64,000 bases of DNA from Pseudomonadota bacterium (GCA_038134595.1 JAYPVM010000008.1:50011-114010); one strand, 5' to 3'. Counted from the first letter of the stretch, positions 39,776-48,798 are shown. Notes: generated by a model from the sequence alone, not told the origin. Made by a program: numbers and translations.

Positions 39776-40645
39776 CTATTGAGAGGCTGCCGATTTTCTG
39801 TACATTCCGTGTGATACAATCATATGCGGAAGGGTTAACCCAGCTATTAAGCAGATTGAAGCCGCAAAGAGGTCACTAATCTCTGCGAGATTAAATAAGA
39901 GAGTAAAAGGCAACAGTCCTACGATAGCGATAGCAGATATAATCACAAAATCAATTGGAAGTGCACCTGGCTTCTCGCAGTGCTTCATGCAGTGTTCTAA
40001 ATGAATCCTTGAGTGTCTTCCGATAAACCAGACTGCAAATCCTGAAAGAGGAGGCAGTATAGCCCAGCCAACTAAACAGAGAGCGCGCTCGAAGGTTGTT
40101 ATCCGAGAGCCTCTGGTGTTGCGAAGAGTCTCAACTATTAAGAGGATGCTCAGTGCGACAAATACTACGCTCGACACAATAGTAAGGGGCGCGCTGATTT
40201 GTTCAAAGATTGCTGGAGATATAAAAAATTCAATGTATCTTTTTGATTGATCAGCATGAAGGCCGATTGGCAGAAGTATTGCAGCGCTACCAATCCATAA
40301 ACCAATCCAAGAGCGTCCCTGTTTTGCCAAGAACCCCTCGCCTTCGGCGAAATGGAGCACCGAGAGCACGAGGAATATAGAGAGGCCAATCGGTGGAGCG
40401 AAAACACACAGAGCAGTCATGCTAAAAACGCATGTAAGGTATACTAAAGAGATACTACAAAGTGATAGAGCATGTGAGCGCCATCTTTCGCGGGCTACCC
40501 GCAGGTCGAAGGAGCCGTGAGGAATTCCTGCAAGGATTATGAGGAGGAGTGCAAGCCATTCGGCCCAGTGTGCGTTGATAACCGTCAGAATCGATAGGAT
40601 TAAAAGCAGGGATATGACCAATGTTGTACTAAAGTTTATCCGCAT
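39776..40645 (-). CDS. blh: Beta-carotene 15,15'-dioxygenase, Brp/Blh family
   Basis: Four His motifs GIPHGSFD, SVLHF, GRHS, LTLPHM in a multi-TM protein; follows crtY. Confidence 0.9.
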   Translation of the reverse strand: MRINFSTTLVISLLLILSILTVINAHWAEWLALLLIILAGIPHGSFDLRVARERWRSHALSLCSISLVYLTCVFSMTALCVFAPPIGLSIFLVLSVLHFAEGEGFLAKQGRSWIGLWIGSAAILLPIGLHADQSKRYIEFFISPAIFEQISAPLTIVSSVVFVALSILLIVETLRNTRGSRITTFERALCLVGWAILPPLSGFAVWFIGRHSRIHLEHCMKHCEKPGALPIDFVIISAIAIVGLLPFTLLFNLAEISDLFAASICLIAGLTLPHMIVSHGMYRKSAASQ

Positions 40646-41736
40646 AGCAAAGCTCGTAACATTTTTCGTTTGGGGACTGTGAGCCAAACAGGAAGTGTTT
40701 GAAGAAAAGAACTTTCATCTGAGAGAAAAGCCACAAGGTTTTTGTTTGATGCACGAGAAAGTAGACTCTCCATGAAGTCTGCACCGGAGGCGGGGCTTGA
40801 AGAAAGAGCCTGAAGAAACAACCTGTCTCCCATATCAAGCCAGCGAGGATATGCTACCTTTGAAGGCAAGCCATCTTGTACGATATGACGAGCGAGAGCC
40901 CGAGCTTGTTTCTGTATCTTGATAAAGGCATATCCAGTTGCTGTTCGAACAGCGCCGGAGTTACTTCCTATGTGGAAGAGGTCTGCGTGCTTCTGAGGTG
41001 GGAGTCCCATTGGTATTGCACCACGCTCAGTGCGTTTAAGGAGTATCGGCGTAGAGATGTTTTGCTCTAACCATGTATGACAACGAGTAAGATGGTATTC
41101 CTCTTCTAGAATCCTTGGACTAAAAGTAGTATGCTCTACAAGCGCTGTTTGGGGTGATGTCGGTAGTACATAGAAGAAACTTACTGGAGCTTCGGATGAG
41201 CTTGGTCCAATATCCATGATGAGCGCAGTCGATGCTTCGAATGTCGGAGCTGGGGTCTCTATCCATAAGCCTGCAAAAGATTGCCAGAGTAGCGGAGCAA
41301 GAGACTCTTTCTCAAAAGACGCGTCTATAACACAATCAAATGTGTGATACCCATGAGTGCTCTGGATGCGTTGGGAATCAATAGCCGCAACAGGAGACTC
41401 CCAATGAAATATCACTCCGCCAGATTCTAGAAGTTTGAGAGTGTAGGCAAAGAACTCATCTCCGTGAATTAGGGTGTAGGGGGTGTCTGAAACGTCTATC
41501 TTGCGAGTAAATGTTGAGCTCTTAAAACTGATAGCGTTCCAAGATGTTGTTGCCTCTGGAAGAGTAAATACCTCTCTAGGTTTAAAGAAGCAGAATGTTC
41601 TTTGGGGATGTGGTAATCGGGGACGAGAATCAAAGATTGTAATTGACGTTTGTGGCTTTAGCTCCAACAACTCTCGAGCTACCGATAAGCCAGCTACACC
41701 TGCTCCAACGATACCGATATGTTTTGGAGTATTCAT
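40636..41736 (-). CDS. crtY: Lycopene beta-cyclase (CrtY-type)
   Basis: GAGVAG FAD motif, RTFCFF, WQSFAG, FFYVLP..ALVEHT, ERGAIPM, TGYAF. Confidence 0.88.
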   Translation of the reverse strand: MNTPKHIGIVGAGVAGLSVARELLELKPQTSITIFDSRPRLPHPQRTFCFFKPREVFTLPEATTSWNAISFKSSTFTRKIDVSDTPYTLIHGDEFFAYTLKLLESGGVIFHWESPVAAIDSQRIQSTHGYHTFDCVIDASFEKESLAPLLWQSFAGLWIETPAPTFEASTALIMDIGPSSSEAPVSFFYVLPTSPQTALVEHTTFSPRILEEEYHLTRCHTWLEQNISTPILLKRTERGAIPMGLPPQKHADLFHIGSNSGAVRTATGYAFIKIQKQARALARHIVQDGLPSKVAYPRWLDMGDRLFLQALSSSPASGADFMESLLSRASNKNLVAFLSDESSFLQTLPVWLTVPKRKMLRALLCG

Positions 41737-42602
41737 TCGTTAATGGCCAGTGGCTCGTTTGAGTTCTGGAGTCGAGGGGTAGTGGTAGTGGAGCACGGTG
41801 CACAAACAGGGCTCCATCCAAGAGCTATCTTGGCGGTTAGGAGGAGTTTTTGAGATAGTGGCACCACGGCACGGGAACGCGATAGTTTTTGATTCTGCAG
41901 AACCCGACTTCCAATTGCTTGATAGCAGCGGGCAGCAACGGTTATTGCAAATCGATTGCGGGAGTCCAGATATGAAAGGCCACGTAGTCCATACGCGTAG
42001 TGATGATTTGCTCGTTCTAAGAGCATCGCAACCGCTGTTGCTATCCTGGCTTCATGTGCATTGAAGGACTCAATCGTGAGACTCTTTGAGCTGTTTGCCA
42101 GCCATGTTGATGGTAGATATACGCGGCCCCGTGTTAGATCCTCTATGATATCTCGTGCGATGTTTGTGTACTGCATTGCAATGCCTAAGCGAGCCGCATA
42201 TGTCCTTCCTGCCGGATCCTTGCCTCCGAGTAGGGGATACATAAGTAAGCCTACGTTACCGGCTACTCCGTGTGCGTAATGCTCGAGATCCTCTTTATCC
42301 TCAATGTGTAGTGTCGGAGTATCGCCTCGGCATGCTACGACAAGTGCTATTAAAGGCCGTCGAATCTCTGGAAATCTTTTTAAGATGTGGCGCAAGGGAT
42401 CGACAATCGGGTGCGAGATGTGGTCGAAATTGAGAGCTTCGAGAACATGCGTAAGAGCCTGTTCTCGCTTAGGTGTGATCGGAGCTTTATCTGCGATATC
42501 GTCGATGGTTCGGCAAAAATTATAAAGTATGACTGTGTCGTTGTATATTGAGTTGTTGAGCCAGCGAGTGGCGAAAAAGAAGGTTTTTCCGGCCTTCGCC
42601 AC
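41733..42602 (-). CDS. crtB: Phytoene synthase
   Basis: CRTIDDIAD, VAGNVG, MQYTNIARDIIED..RGRVYLP; GTG start, short N-terminus. Confidence 0.92.
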   Translation of the reverse strand: MAKAGKTFFFATRWLNNSIYNDTVILYNFCRTIDDIADKAPITPKREQALTHVLEALNFDHISHPIVDPLRHILKRFPEIRRPLIALVVACRGDTPTLHIEDKEDLEHYAHGVAGNVGLLMYPLLGGKDPAGRTYAARLGIAMQYTNIARDIIEDLTRGRVYLPSTWLANSSKSLTIESFNAHEARIATAVAMLLERANHHYAYGLRGLSYLDSRNRFAITVAARCYQAIGSRVLQNQKLSRSRAVVPLSQKLLLTAKIALGWSPVCAPCSTTTTPRLQNSNEPLAINE

Positions 42603-42637
42603 ATATGGGAGCCGCTGGATGACTACGTATCAGACCA

Positions 42638-42664
42638 TACTGTTTCTCTACGTCAGAAACAGTA
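42638..42664. promoter_or_regulatory. Perfect 10-bp inverted repeat upstream of crtB (operator or RNA hairpin)
   Basis: TACTGTTTCT-CTACGTC-AGAAACAGTA. Confidence 0.55.
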
Positions 42665-43023
42665 CGTTGTTCCGACACAGATAGTCCAAATCGCACAGAT
42701 CCTGGCGGCTTAAAACACTTTGAGAATAGAAAAAGGAGTGCTCCGCTTGCAATGCTCGTTCTATGCTCAGGCGTTACGTTGCCTGTTTGCTTGAAAGGGA
42801 GAGGGGGTAGGTGGTGATTAGATTTTGATAATAAACATTATCTTTTGAGTAGGTTGTTTCCTATAAGAGGGGAGGAGTGCCCCAGTATCTGCGAGAACAT
42901 CGTTTGGTAAACGTGGTTGTATTTAAGATTACTGAGTTCGGTTCGCTAATAAGCTCAGAAAACAAGACTAACGGCCATGAACCAGCCTAGCTCTTTACGT
43001 GCAAGCAGATTGTGGTGAAACAG

Positions 43024-43536
43024 TTATCCTTGTCGCCCCAATACAAGCGAAAAGAAATCTTTGATGCCACTTGTTAAGGTTTGATGAGATGAGCTTAAAA
43101 GCCGCTTGAGCTCTGCGGCATCGAGCCAAATGCCCCCTGAATCAGGACACCTGTCGATAGAGACTCCTAGGACCTTTTCTTGATTCATCGGTTTTCCGGT
43201 GATCGGACTGTTTTTACCGCCTGTTACTGAGCTCGCATCCTTCGGCGTTAGTGAGGGAAATTGGTCGATAAGGTCTTTAAGTGATGCTGAATTGTCTTTT
43301 GAGGCAACAAGGAGTTGCTCAAGCTCACCAGCATCGAGCCAGATGCCACCTGAGTCAACACATCTATCAAGCACCGTTCCCATAACAGTAACGATCTCCA
43401 TCGGGTTGCCAGTTACTGGACTGGGTCTTGCCGGTTGCTCCTTCTTGGCCGCTAGTCGTGCGAGTGCTTGCTTGTTGAGGTTATCAAAGTAACTTTCCTC
43501 TTGAGCCTTCCTTCTATCATCCCATGCATCACTCAT
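43024..43536 (-). CDS. Protein with two zf-TFIIB-like zinc-ribbon repeats lacking most Cys ligands
   Basis: Two SP.TG.PM...DRC.DSGGIWLDA.EL repeats; N-terminal RRKAQEESYF. Confidence 0.82.
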   Translation of the reverse strand: MSDAWDDRRKAQEESYFDNLNKQALARLAAKKEQPARPSPVTGNPMEIVTVMGTVLDRCVDSGGIWLDAGELEQLLVASKDNSASLKDLIDQFPSLTPKDASSVTGGKNSPITGKPMNQEKVLGVSIDRCPDSGGIWLDAAELKRLLSSSHQTLTSGIKDFFSLVLGRQG

Positions 43537-43729
43537 GACAACCTCTCCATTTGGTTAAAATACAGATAAATTGTACTCAGAGTTGTGGCCAGTCGACAAC
43601 ACGTAAGCAGGGGAAAAAGTGCCAAATGGAGGTGTTTAAGCCTTGGGGGATAAGGCTTCTTAGGGAGAGGGTTGCGTACTAGTTGACTTTTCTCTCGGGG
43701 CAGGGTACTTCTCTTAGCCTGTTAGAGAT

Positions 43730-43806
43730 GCGGGTGTAGCTCAGCTGGCTAGAGCGCTTCCTTGCCAAGGAAGAGGTCGAGGGTTCGAATCCCTTCACCC
43801 GCTCCA
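43730..43806 (+). tRNA. tRNA-Gly (GCC), CCA encoded
   Basis: GCGGGTG..TAGCTCAGCTGGCTAGAGC..CTTCCTTGCCAAGGAAG..GGTTCGAATCC..CACCCGCTCCA. Confidence 0.98.
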
Positions 43807-43886
43807 CATCTCTATTTTCCTCCTGCCTTCTCAAGAGCTTTTTATCTTCGTTGAGTAGCTTTGTTTTTGCAGGCTAGTTCTCTTCT

Positions 43887-43934
43887 CACAGCGTTGTTTC
43901 GTCACAGTGTTGTTTCCTTACAGTGTTGTTTCGT
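43887..43934. repeat. 3x16-bp tandem repeat downstream of tRNA-Gly
   Basis: CACAGCGTTGTTTCGT / CACAGTGTTGTTTCCT / TACAGTGTTGTTTCGT. Confidence 0.85.
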
Positions 43935-44209
43935 TTCTTAAGTCATGAAATGAGTGGTGAAATCCTCTAGAGCTCTGTGCCGTGGCGAGGGACGGAATAG
44001 AGTTTTTTGTAGTCAAAAATCGAAGTCGCCAGAAAACACACATAAGTACAGCTGGTTAGATACTTATTGGCAACAGCTGTTATGAATCAGTTTGAATCAG
44101 TTCGTCCATAACTGTTTTTATACGGATCGTTTTATTGTGAAGCAAAGTGAGGCGATACGAGGAATAGAGTACGAAGAAGTAGTTAATAGTAGTAAACGAA
44201 TAGGGTGTA

Positions 44210-45052
44210 ATGGCCACTAACGCTCAAAATGCTGCGCAATTAGACGAACGAGATGACTTTCAGCATCTTAGAACGCAGCAACTCTTAGCTCTGAGGGTAA
44301 TAGCCCCCCCACGTTCTAAGTTGGGTGCGCTTATAGAGGAGCGGTTAGGTAAGCTCTACGCGGAGCTTGGAGAGGAGATCGACCCTGCCAAGAGAAAGGC
44401 AAACAGCCAAATTCAGGACAGAACCGGCTCATCTGACGAGACTCCAGATACCTCCGATATAGGTAATTCTCCTTCTTTGGGTGGTGCTACAAGTAATGGT
44501 GGCGCCTTTGCATCCCCGATTGATAGAGAGCTCGATGGTTCTGCAACCCTTCAGGATAGAACGTCTCCAACTGAGAAGAAGCTCTCTCCACCGAAGGGTG
44601 TTCGCTTTAAGGAGGCAACGCAGAAATCAAAAACTGCTGTCAGAGATGCCGAGCCGCAAGTTGAGGTGACACAGCAGGCATGGATTTGGATGCTCTCTCA
44701 GCTTCTTCAAACAGATTTAGAGCGACTCGGACTAGAGCCTGATGAATTTAACGATATACGAGTATTTCTTATTAAAAATGAGGCAAAAAAGTATTCCAAG
44801 CTAGAACTTTTATCAAAATTGCCTGCTTCGCTAAGCCCTGAAGCTGTTACCAAGATCTTTGAGGATATTCGAACTATGGCGGCAGGTTATGTAGCCTTTG
44901 TGACGATTGAGCGACTAAAAAGAGAGCTTGAAAATGAAGAAGAGATGAAGCAAATGCCGCAGTTGCCCCGATCTATTAGTAGTCCGTTTTATGAGATCCC
45001 TCTGGTTGATTTTGACCCTGAGGATGTAATGAAAAAGCTTTCTGAAGGGTAG
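44210..45052 (+). CDS. Hypothetical protein (two helical domains and a disordered linker)
   Basis: 280-aa ORF; no recognised family. Confidence 0.7.
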   Translation: MATNAQNAAQLDERDDFQHLRTQQLLALRVIAPPRSKLGALIEERLGKLYAELGEEIDPAKRKANSQIQDRTGSSDETPDTSDIGNSPSLGGATSNGGAFASPIDRELDGSATLQDRTSPTEKKLSPPKGVRFKEATQKSKTAVRDAEPQVEVTQQAWIWMLSQLLQTDLERLGLEPDEFNDIRVFLIKNEAKKYSKLELLSKLPASLSPEAVTKIFEDIRTMAAGYVAFVTIERLKRELENEEEMKQMPQLPRSISSPFYEIPLVDFDPEDVMKKLSEG

Positions 45053-45058
45053 GTAGCG

Positions 45059-45448
45059 ATGTTTCCCGTAAAAGACAGATATGACGAAGTATTTGATATC
45101 GAGATAGATGGATGGGTCTTTGGTCTCACGAATTATCCGGGAGAGGTTTCCGCGCCGGTTCTTCATCGTATCATCAGAGAGTTGGGATCTTCTTTTCACA
45201 TGGCGATAGAACATAACGTTGTGTTTAACGTCCTAGAAGTAGCGGCAAAATTCTCCGATGCCACAAAAAATCTCGTGCACGAGCAAGAGATAGCCATGGC
45301 AATTGTGGCCCAACTACCCAATCCAGCCTTACTACTTGAGGAACAGCAGTGTGTGTTGGGCTTGGTTATCGACCAAGTTGAGCAAGCATATCCAGGTGCT
45401 CTATCTAGCTTCTACAACAGGTGGAAGATAGGCCAGCAGGCGGCATAA
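45059..45448 (+). CDS. Hypothetical protein
   Basis: 129-aa ORF 6 nt after the previous stop, AGGT SD-like; globular composition. Confidence 0.7.
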   Translation: MFPVKDRYDEVFDIEIDGWVFGLTNYPGEVSAPVLHRIIRELGSSFHMAIEHNVVFNVLEVAAKFSDATKNLVHEQEIAMAIVAQLPNPALLLEEQQCVLGLVIDQVEQAYPGALSSFYNRWKIGQQAA

Positions 45449-45523
45449 CCAGCTAATACCGCTCTAAATCCGTAAAAATGTGCTCGGCAATGCCTTTAAT
45501 GGCCTAAAAACCCCCCGCTGATA

Positions 45524-45552
45524 TTGACACCACCAGCGCCCTACAGTACCTT
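45524..45552 (+). promoter_or_regulatory. Sigma70 promoter of rpmE
   Basis: TTGACA-17 nt-TACCTT, ending 10 nt before the ATG. Confidence 0.65.
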
Positions 45553-45562
45553 TCCCTGCACT

Positions 45563-45790
45563 ATGAAAGACGAAATTCATCCAACTTATTACGATGCCTC
45601 CGTTCATTGCGGTGGTTGTGGAACTACCTTTCAAATCGGCGCCACAGTGCCAGAGATACGAGTAGGTGTGTGTTCGAAGTGTCACCCCTTTTACACCGGG
45701 CAACAAAAACTCGTAGATGCTGAAGGCCGTGTAGATCGGTTTAAGAAGAAGTACGGTAGCTTTCCATCGCTTTCTAAGAAAGCCGAGTAG
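45563..45790 (+). CDS. rpmE: 50S ribosomal protein L31, Zn-binding (C+) form
   Basis: MKDEIHPTY..CGGC..CSKCHPFYTGQQK..GRVDRF. Confidence 0.97.
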   Translation: MKDEIHPTYYDASVHCGGCGTTFQIGATVPEIRVGVCSKCHPFYTGQQKLVDAEGRVDRFKKKYGSFPSLSKKAE

Positions 45791-45799
45791 TATTCTCCC

Positions 45800-46399
45800 A
45801 TGCATATGAGGAAGAATCGAGCGCCAGCACTTGTCGGTAAGACAGTGGTGGCGTTTTTCATTGTAGCTGTATGCTCTCTCTGGGGCTGTAACGTTGAACG
45901 CTCGGGTATTTATCCCGGAGAAGTGGCTCCAAACATCATCGGAGTTGATCCGATCTCTGGTGAAAAGATAGCATTACACGATGTCGCAGGTGACATTGTC
46001 TTGGTCAACTTCTGGGCTACCTGGTGCACTCCTTGTATGCAAGAGCTTCCAGCGCTACAGCGTTTCTATGAGCAGGTAAAAACGATGGGGGTAACAGTGA
46101 TAGGGGTTGCTGTAAACGATGCGCGCCCTCTCGTAGCTGAAGCTCTTGAGCGGTACAATATAACGTTCCCGATTCTTTTAGATGAAGATGGAAAGAGCAA
46201 ACGTAAATATGAGTTGCGCGGCTTCCCTGAATCCTTTGTACTAGATAACAAACGTAGAGTGCTGATGGTTCCAGACCCCGGAGTCGGTGTTCCCGTTGCC
46301 AAGATTGTCGGGCCACGAGATTGGGCGCACCCCGACGTGGTTACGTTGTTTTCCAACTTAAAGAAAGAGGCTACACCGCATGATTCCAACACTCCTTGA
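45800..46399 (+). CDS. TlpA/ResA-like thiol-disulfide oxidoreductase (possible lipoprotein)
   Basis: VNFWATWCTPC, GFPESF; LWGC lipobox-like. Confidence 0.9.
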   Translation: MHMRKNRAPALVGKTVVAFFIVAVCSLWGCNVERSGIYPGEVAPNIIGVDPISGEKIALHDVAGDIVLVNFWATWCTPCMQELPALQRFYEQVKTMGVTVIGVAVNDARPLVAEALERYNITFPILLDEDGKSKRKYELRGFPESFVLDNKRRVLMVPDPGVGVPVAKIVGPRDWAHPDVVTLFSNLKKEATPHDSNTP

Positions 46400-47153
46400 A
46401 ATCGGACCACTTCCTATCCGTAGTTTTGGTCTCATGATCGCCCTGGCGTTGTTTGCCGGGGTGATTCGTTTGGGTATGAGCCTTGCTCGTTACGGAATCG
46501 ATCCGAGCATAGCAGAAAGATACGTTACGGCCGCAGGAATCTCAGGATTACTGGGGGCGAGGTTGTGGTTTATTGCCGAGAATTGGGCATACGTGCAGCA
46601 CGATCTGTTGGGTGCGCTGTTTTCTAGTGCTGGGTTTACGTTTTACGGCGGTTTTTTGGTTGCTACGCTGGTGGTGTATGTGATGGCTAGACGAGACGGC
46701 GTGCCGATAGCGAGGTTCTGTGATGCGTTAGGTCCCACATTGGCACTTGGGTATGCAATAGGTCGATTAGGGTGTCAGCTTGCAGGAGATGGCGATTATG
46801 GCTCTCTTACCGCAGGCTTTTGGGGAATGTCGTACAGTACTGGTATTGTTCCTACTGCAATTGGCGAACGAGCGTATCCAACGCCTTTCTTTGAATCTCT
46901 TATTAGTCTTGGAATGTTGTGGGTATTGCTCGCGGTTGAACGGACAGAGCACATTCTTGCAAAGCCCCTACAACGTTTTGGCCTGTATTTAGCACTACTT
47001 TCAATTGAGCGGATTGTTATTGAAGTGTTTCGTATTAATCCAGTTGTGTGGTGGAGGTTAAGCGAGGCTCAGGTAATAGGTGTCCTTTTGTGTGGTTGTG
47101 GTCTTTTGATGATGGTACTTGCTCAGTATAGAGGCCAGAAGCCAGCTACTTGA
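46380..47153 (+). CDS. lgt: Prolipoprotein diacylglyceryl transferase
   Basis: IRSFGLM, GARL, FYGG, GYAIGRLGC, PT..FES. Confidence 0.92.
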   Translation: MIPTLLEIGPLPIRSFGLMIALALFAGVIRLGMSLARYGIDPSIAERYVTAAGISGLLGARLWFIAENWAYVQHDLLGALFSSAGFTFYGGFLVATLVVYVMARRDGVPIARFCDALGPTLALGYAIGRLGCQLAGDGDYGSLTAGFWGMSYSTGIVPTAIGERAYPTPFFESLISLGMLWVLLAVERTEHILAKPLQRFGLYLALLSIERIVIEVFRINPVVWWRLSEAQVIGVLLCGCGLLMMVLAQYRGQKPAT

Positions 47154-47294
47154 GATTGTGGAAGCAGGCAGTGATGCAAAGAGACCGTTTTTTATCTTTT
47201 GGTATCATGGCTTCTATAGCAACATACGGGTATGAGATACCAACACGCCGATTCATTAAACGATAATTGGTCGGATCCTTTGCGCGCTATCTTT

Positions 47295-47813
47295 ATGAAG
47301 CGAGATGCCACCAGAGGAGGTCGTCTTTTGGTGTCTGCGGTGAGTTTGCTTGCATGTTGTAGTTTGCTGGTAGGTTGTAGTGGTGTATTGAAGAAACGCC
47401 CTCCAGCTAAGAAGACGGCAGTGGATCTGATTGGCGAGCCGATACCACCGGAGCAGGCAAAGAATGTACTCTCAGAGCTTAGCAAAAATTACGCCTATGG
47501 CACTGGTATTGGAGATACGGCTCTCAATGTCGGAGCTGTTGTAGCGTTTCCACCCTATGCGATATATCTTGTTGGAAATGCCGTACTTGCGCTCACAGGA
47601 TACGAAACGATAACACCTTCTACGTTACTCCCTAAGAAGGCTGGCAAAGCATGGGGCAAAACGTATGATACTATCGCATCAGGCCCAGGACGTGTTGTTG
47701 CTGCTATGGCAGGGCATGAGTTTCGATCGGAGGCGGTAAAGGAACAGAAGTTACAGAGAATCTTTGCCGAGATTGAACAGGCAAAACAAACAGAGGAAGA
47801 AGCAGAGCAATGA
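47295..47813 (+). CDS. Putative lipoprotein, unknown function
   Basis: Signal peptide ending LVGC; overlaps nadK start (ATGA). Confidence 0.7.
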   Translation: MKRDATRGGRLLVSAVSLLACCSLLVGCSGVLKKRPPAKKTAVDLIGEPIPPEQAKNVLSELSKNYAYGTGIGDTALNVGAVVAFPPYAIYLVGNAVLALTGYETITPSTLLPKKAGKAWGKTYDTIASGPGRVVAAMAGHEFRSEAVKEQKLQRIFAEIEQAKQTEEEAEQ

Positions 47814-48682
47814 GTAGGTCGATTGGGTTGGTGATCCGTCCAGGAAACGAGAAGGTTATCGAGAAGGCGCACGAAGTTCTCGCATGGTGCCAGCAGCGGA
47901 ACGTAACCGTATTGCCAGAGGCTCAGACTGCACCGCTTTTGGGTCTTGCTGGCCCGAGCTATGAGGCAGAAGAGTTGGTTGAAAAAGCCGATCCGATTCT
48001 TACTCTCGGCGGGGATGGAACCCTTATCGGTGTTGCACGGTACGTTCGGGGGAAGAGTCCGGTTTTTGTTGGGGTTAATTTCGGTAACTTGGGTTTTCTT
48101 ACAGAGGTTAGTCCAGATGAGGTGTGCAAGGTTCTAGACGATGCCCTTGCGGGTACGGCTACCTGTGCAGAACGGGTTCTTTTGCATGTTCAAGTGATTC
48201 GAGATGATAAAGTGTACTTTGAGTCGCAGGCGGTAAATGATGTCGTAGTGCAGAAAGGAGCCACTGCCCCGCTACCGGACCTTGATTTACTGGTCGATGA
48301 GCAAAGTGTGGCAAGGATCCGAGCCGACGGGATAATCTTTGCAACCCCAACAGGCTCAACAGCATATTCCCTTGCGGCTGGTGGATCTATCGCACACCCG
48401 TCTTTGAGTGTGATACTTGTCACCCCAGTGTGTCCGCATTCGCTTACTAATAGACCGATTATTTTGCCGGGAGATGCGGCCATTGAGGTCAATATCCCTT
48501 CGGTACAGGAAGAGGTTCTGGTGACCGTGGATGGGCAGGTATCAGAGCGGCTACAACCCGGTGACTCAATAAAAGTTGTACAAGCAAAACAGACTGTAAA
48601 GTTTGTTTTGTCGCCTAAGAAGGGGTACTTCGATATTCTTCGGACCAAGCTCAATTGGGGAGCGCCAAATCAACCCGATTAG
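47810..48682 (+). CDS. nadK: NAD kinase
   Basis: GGDGT, GNLGFL, AVND, DGIIFATPTGSTAYSLAAGG. Confidence 0.97.
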   Translation: MSRSIGLVIRPGNEKVIEKAHEVLAWCQQRNVTVLPEAQTAPLLGLAGPSYEAEELVEKADPILTLGGDGTLIGVARYVRGKSPVFVGVNFGNLGFLTEVSPDEVCKVLDDALAGTATCAERVLLHVQVIRDDKVYFESQAVNDVVVQKGATAPLPDLDLLVDEQSVARIRADGIIFATPTGSTAYSLAAGGSIAHPSLSVILVTPVCPHSLTNRPIILPGDAAIEVNIPSVQEEVLVTVDGQVSERLQPGDSIKVVQAKQTVKFVLSPKKGYFDILRTKLNWGAPNQPD

Positions 48683-48798
48683 GCGGGGAAGAGACTGCCA
48701 AACATTGTTGCAAAATCCTTGCGGTTTCAGGGTAACTGACGTTAAATACCTGTGTGGTTCCCCAGCTGGATAGCACATTTTTGACAAGTGAGATTCCC

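Noticed and set aside
39776..40645. A hidden rhodopsin among the multi-TM proteins (also 26991-27551, uppP, lgt)
   Set aside because: None shows a helix-G retinal-binding Lys motif; blh, uppP and lgt match other families and 26991-27551 is too short
42602..42640. crtB as a 5'-truncated pseudogene
   Set aside because: The N-terminus is short, but all catalytic motifs are intact and the frame is uninterrupted; no evidence of a frameshift
43887..43934. Possible CRISPR mini-array
   Set aside because: Units are 16 bp and contiguous with no spacers; no cas genes in the window
43730..45448. Integrative island at tRNA-Gly
   Set aside because: No integrase or transposase, and I saw no duplicate of the tRNA 3' end
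46380..47153. Lgt inactive because Tyr replaces His in FYGG and YPTP
   Set aside because: FYGG variants are common, the GRLGC signature is intact, and the sequence gives no evidence of inactivity
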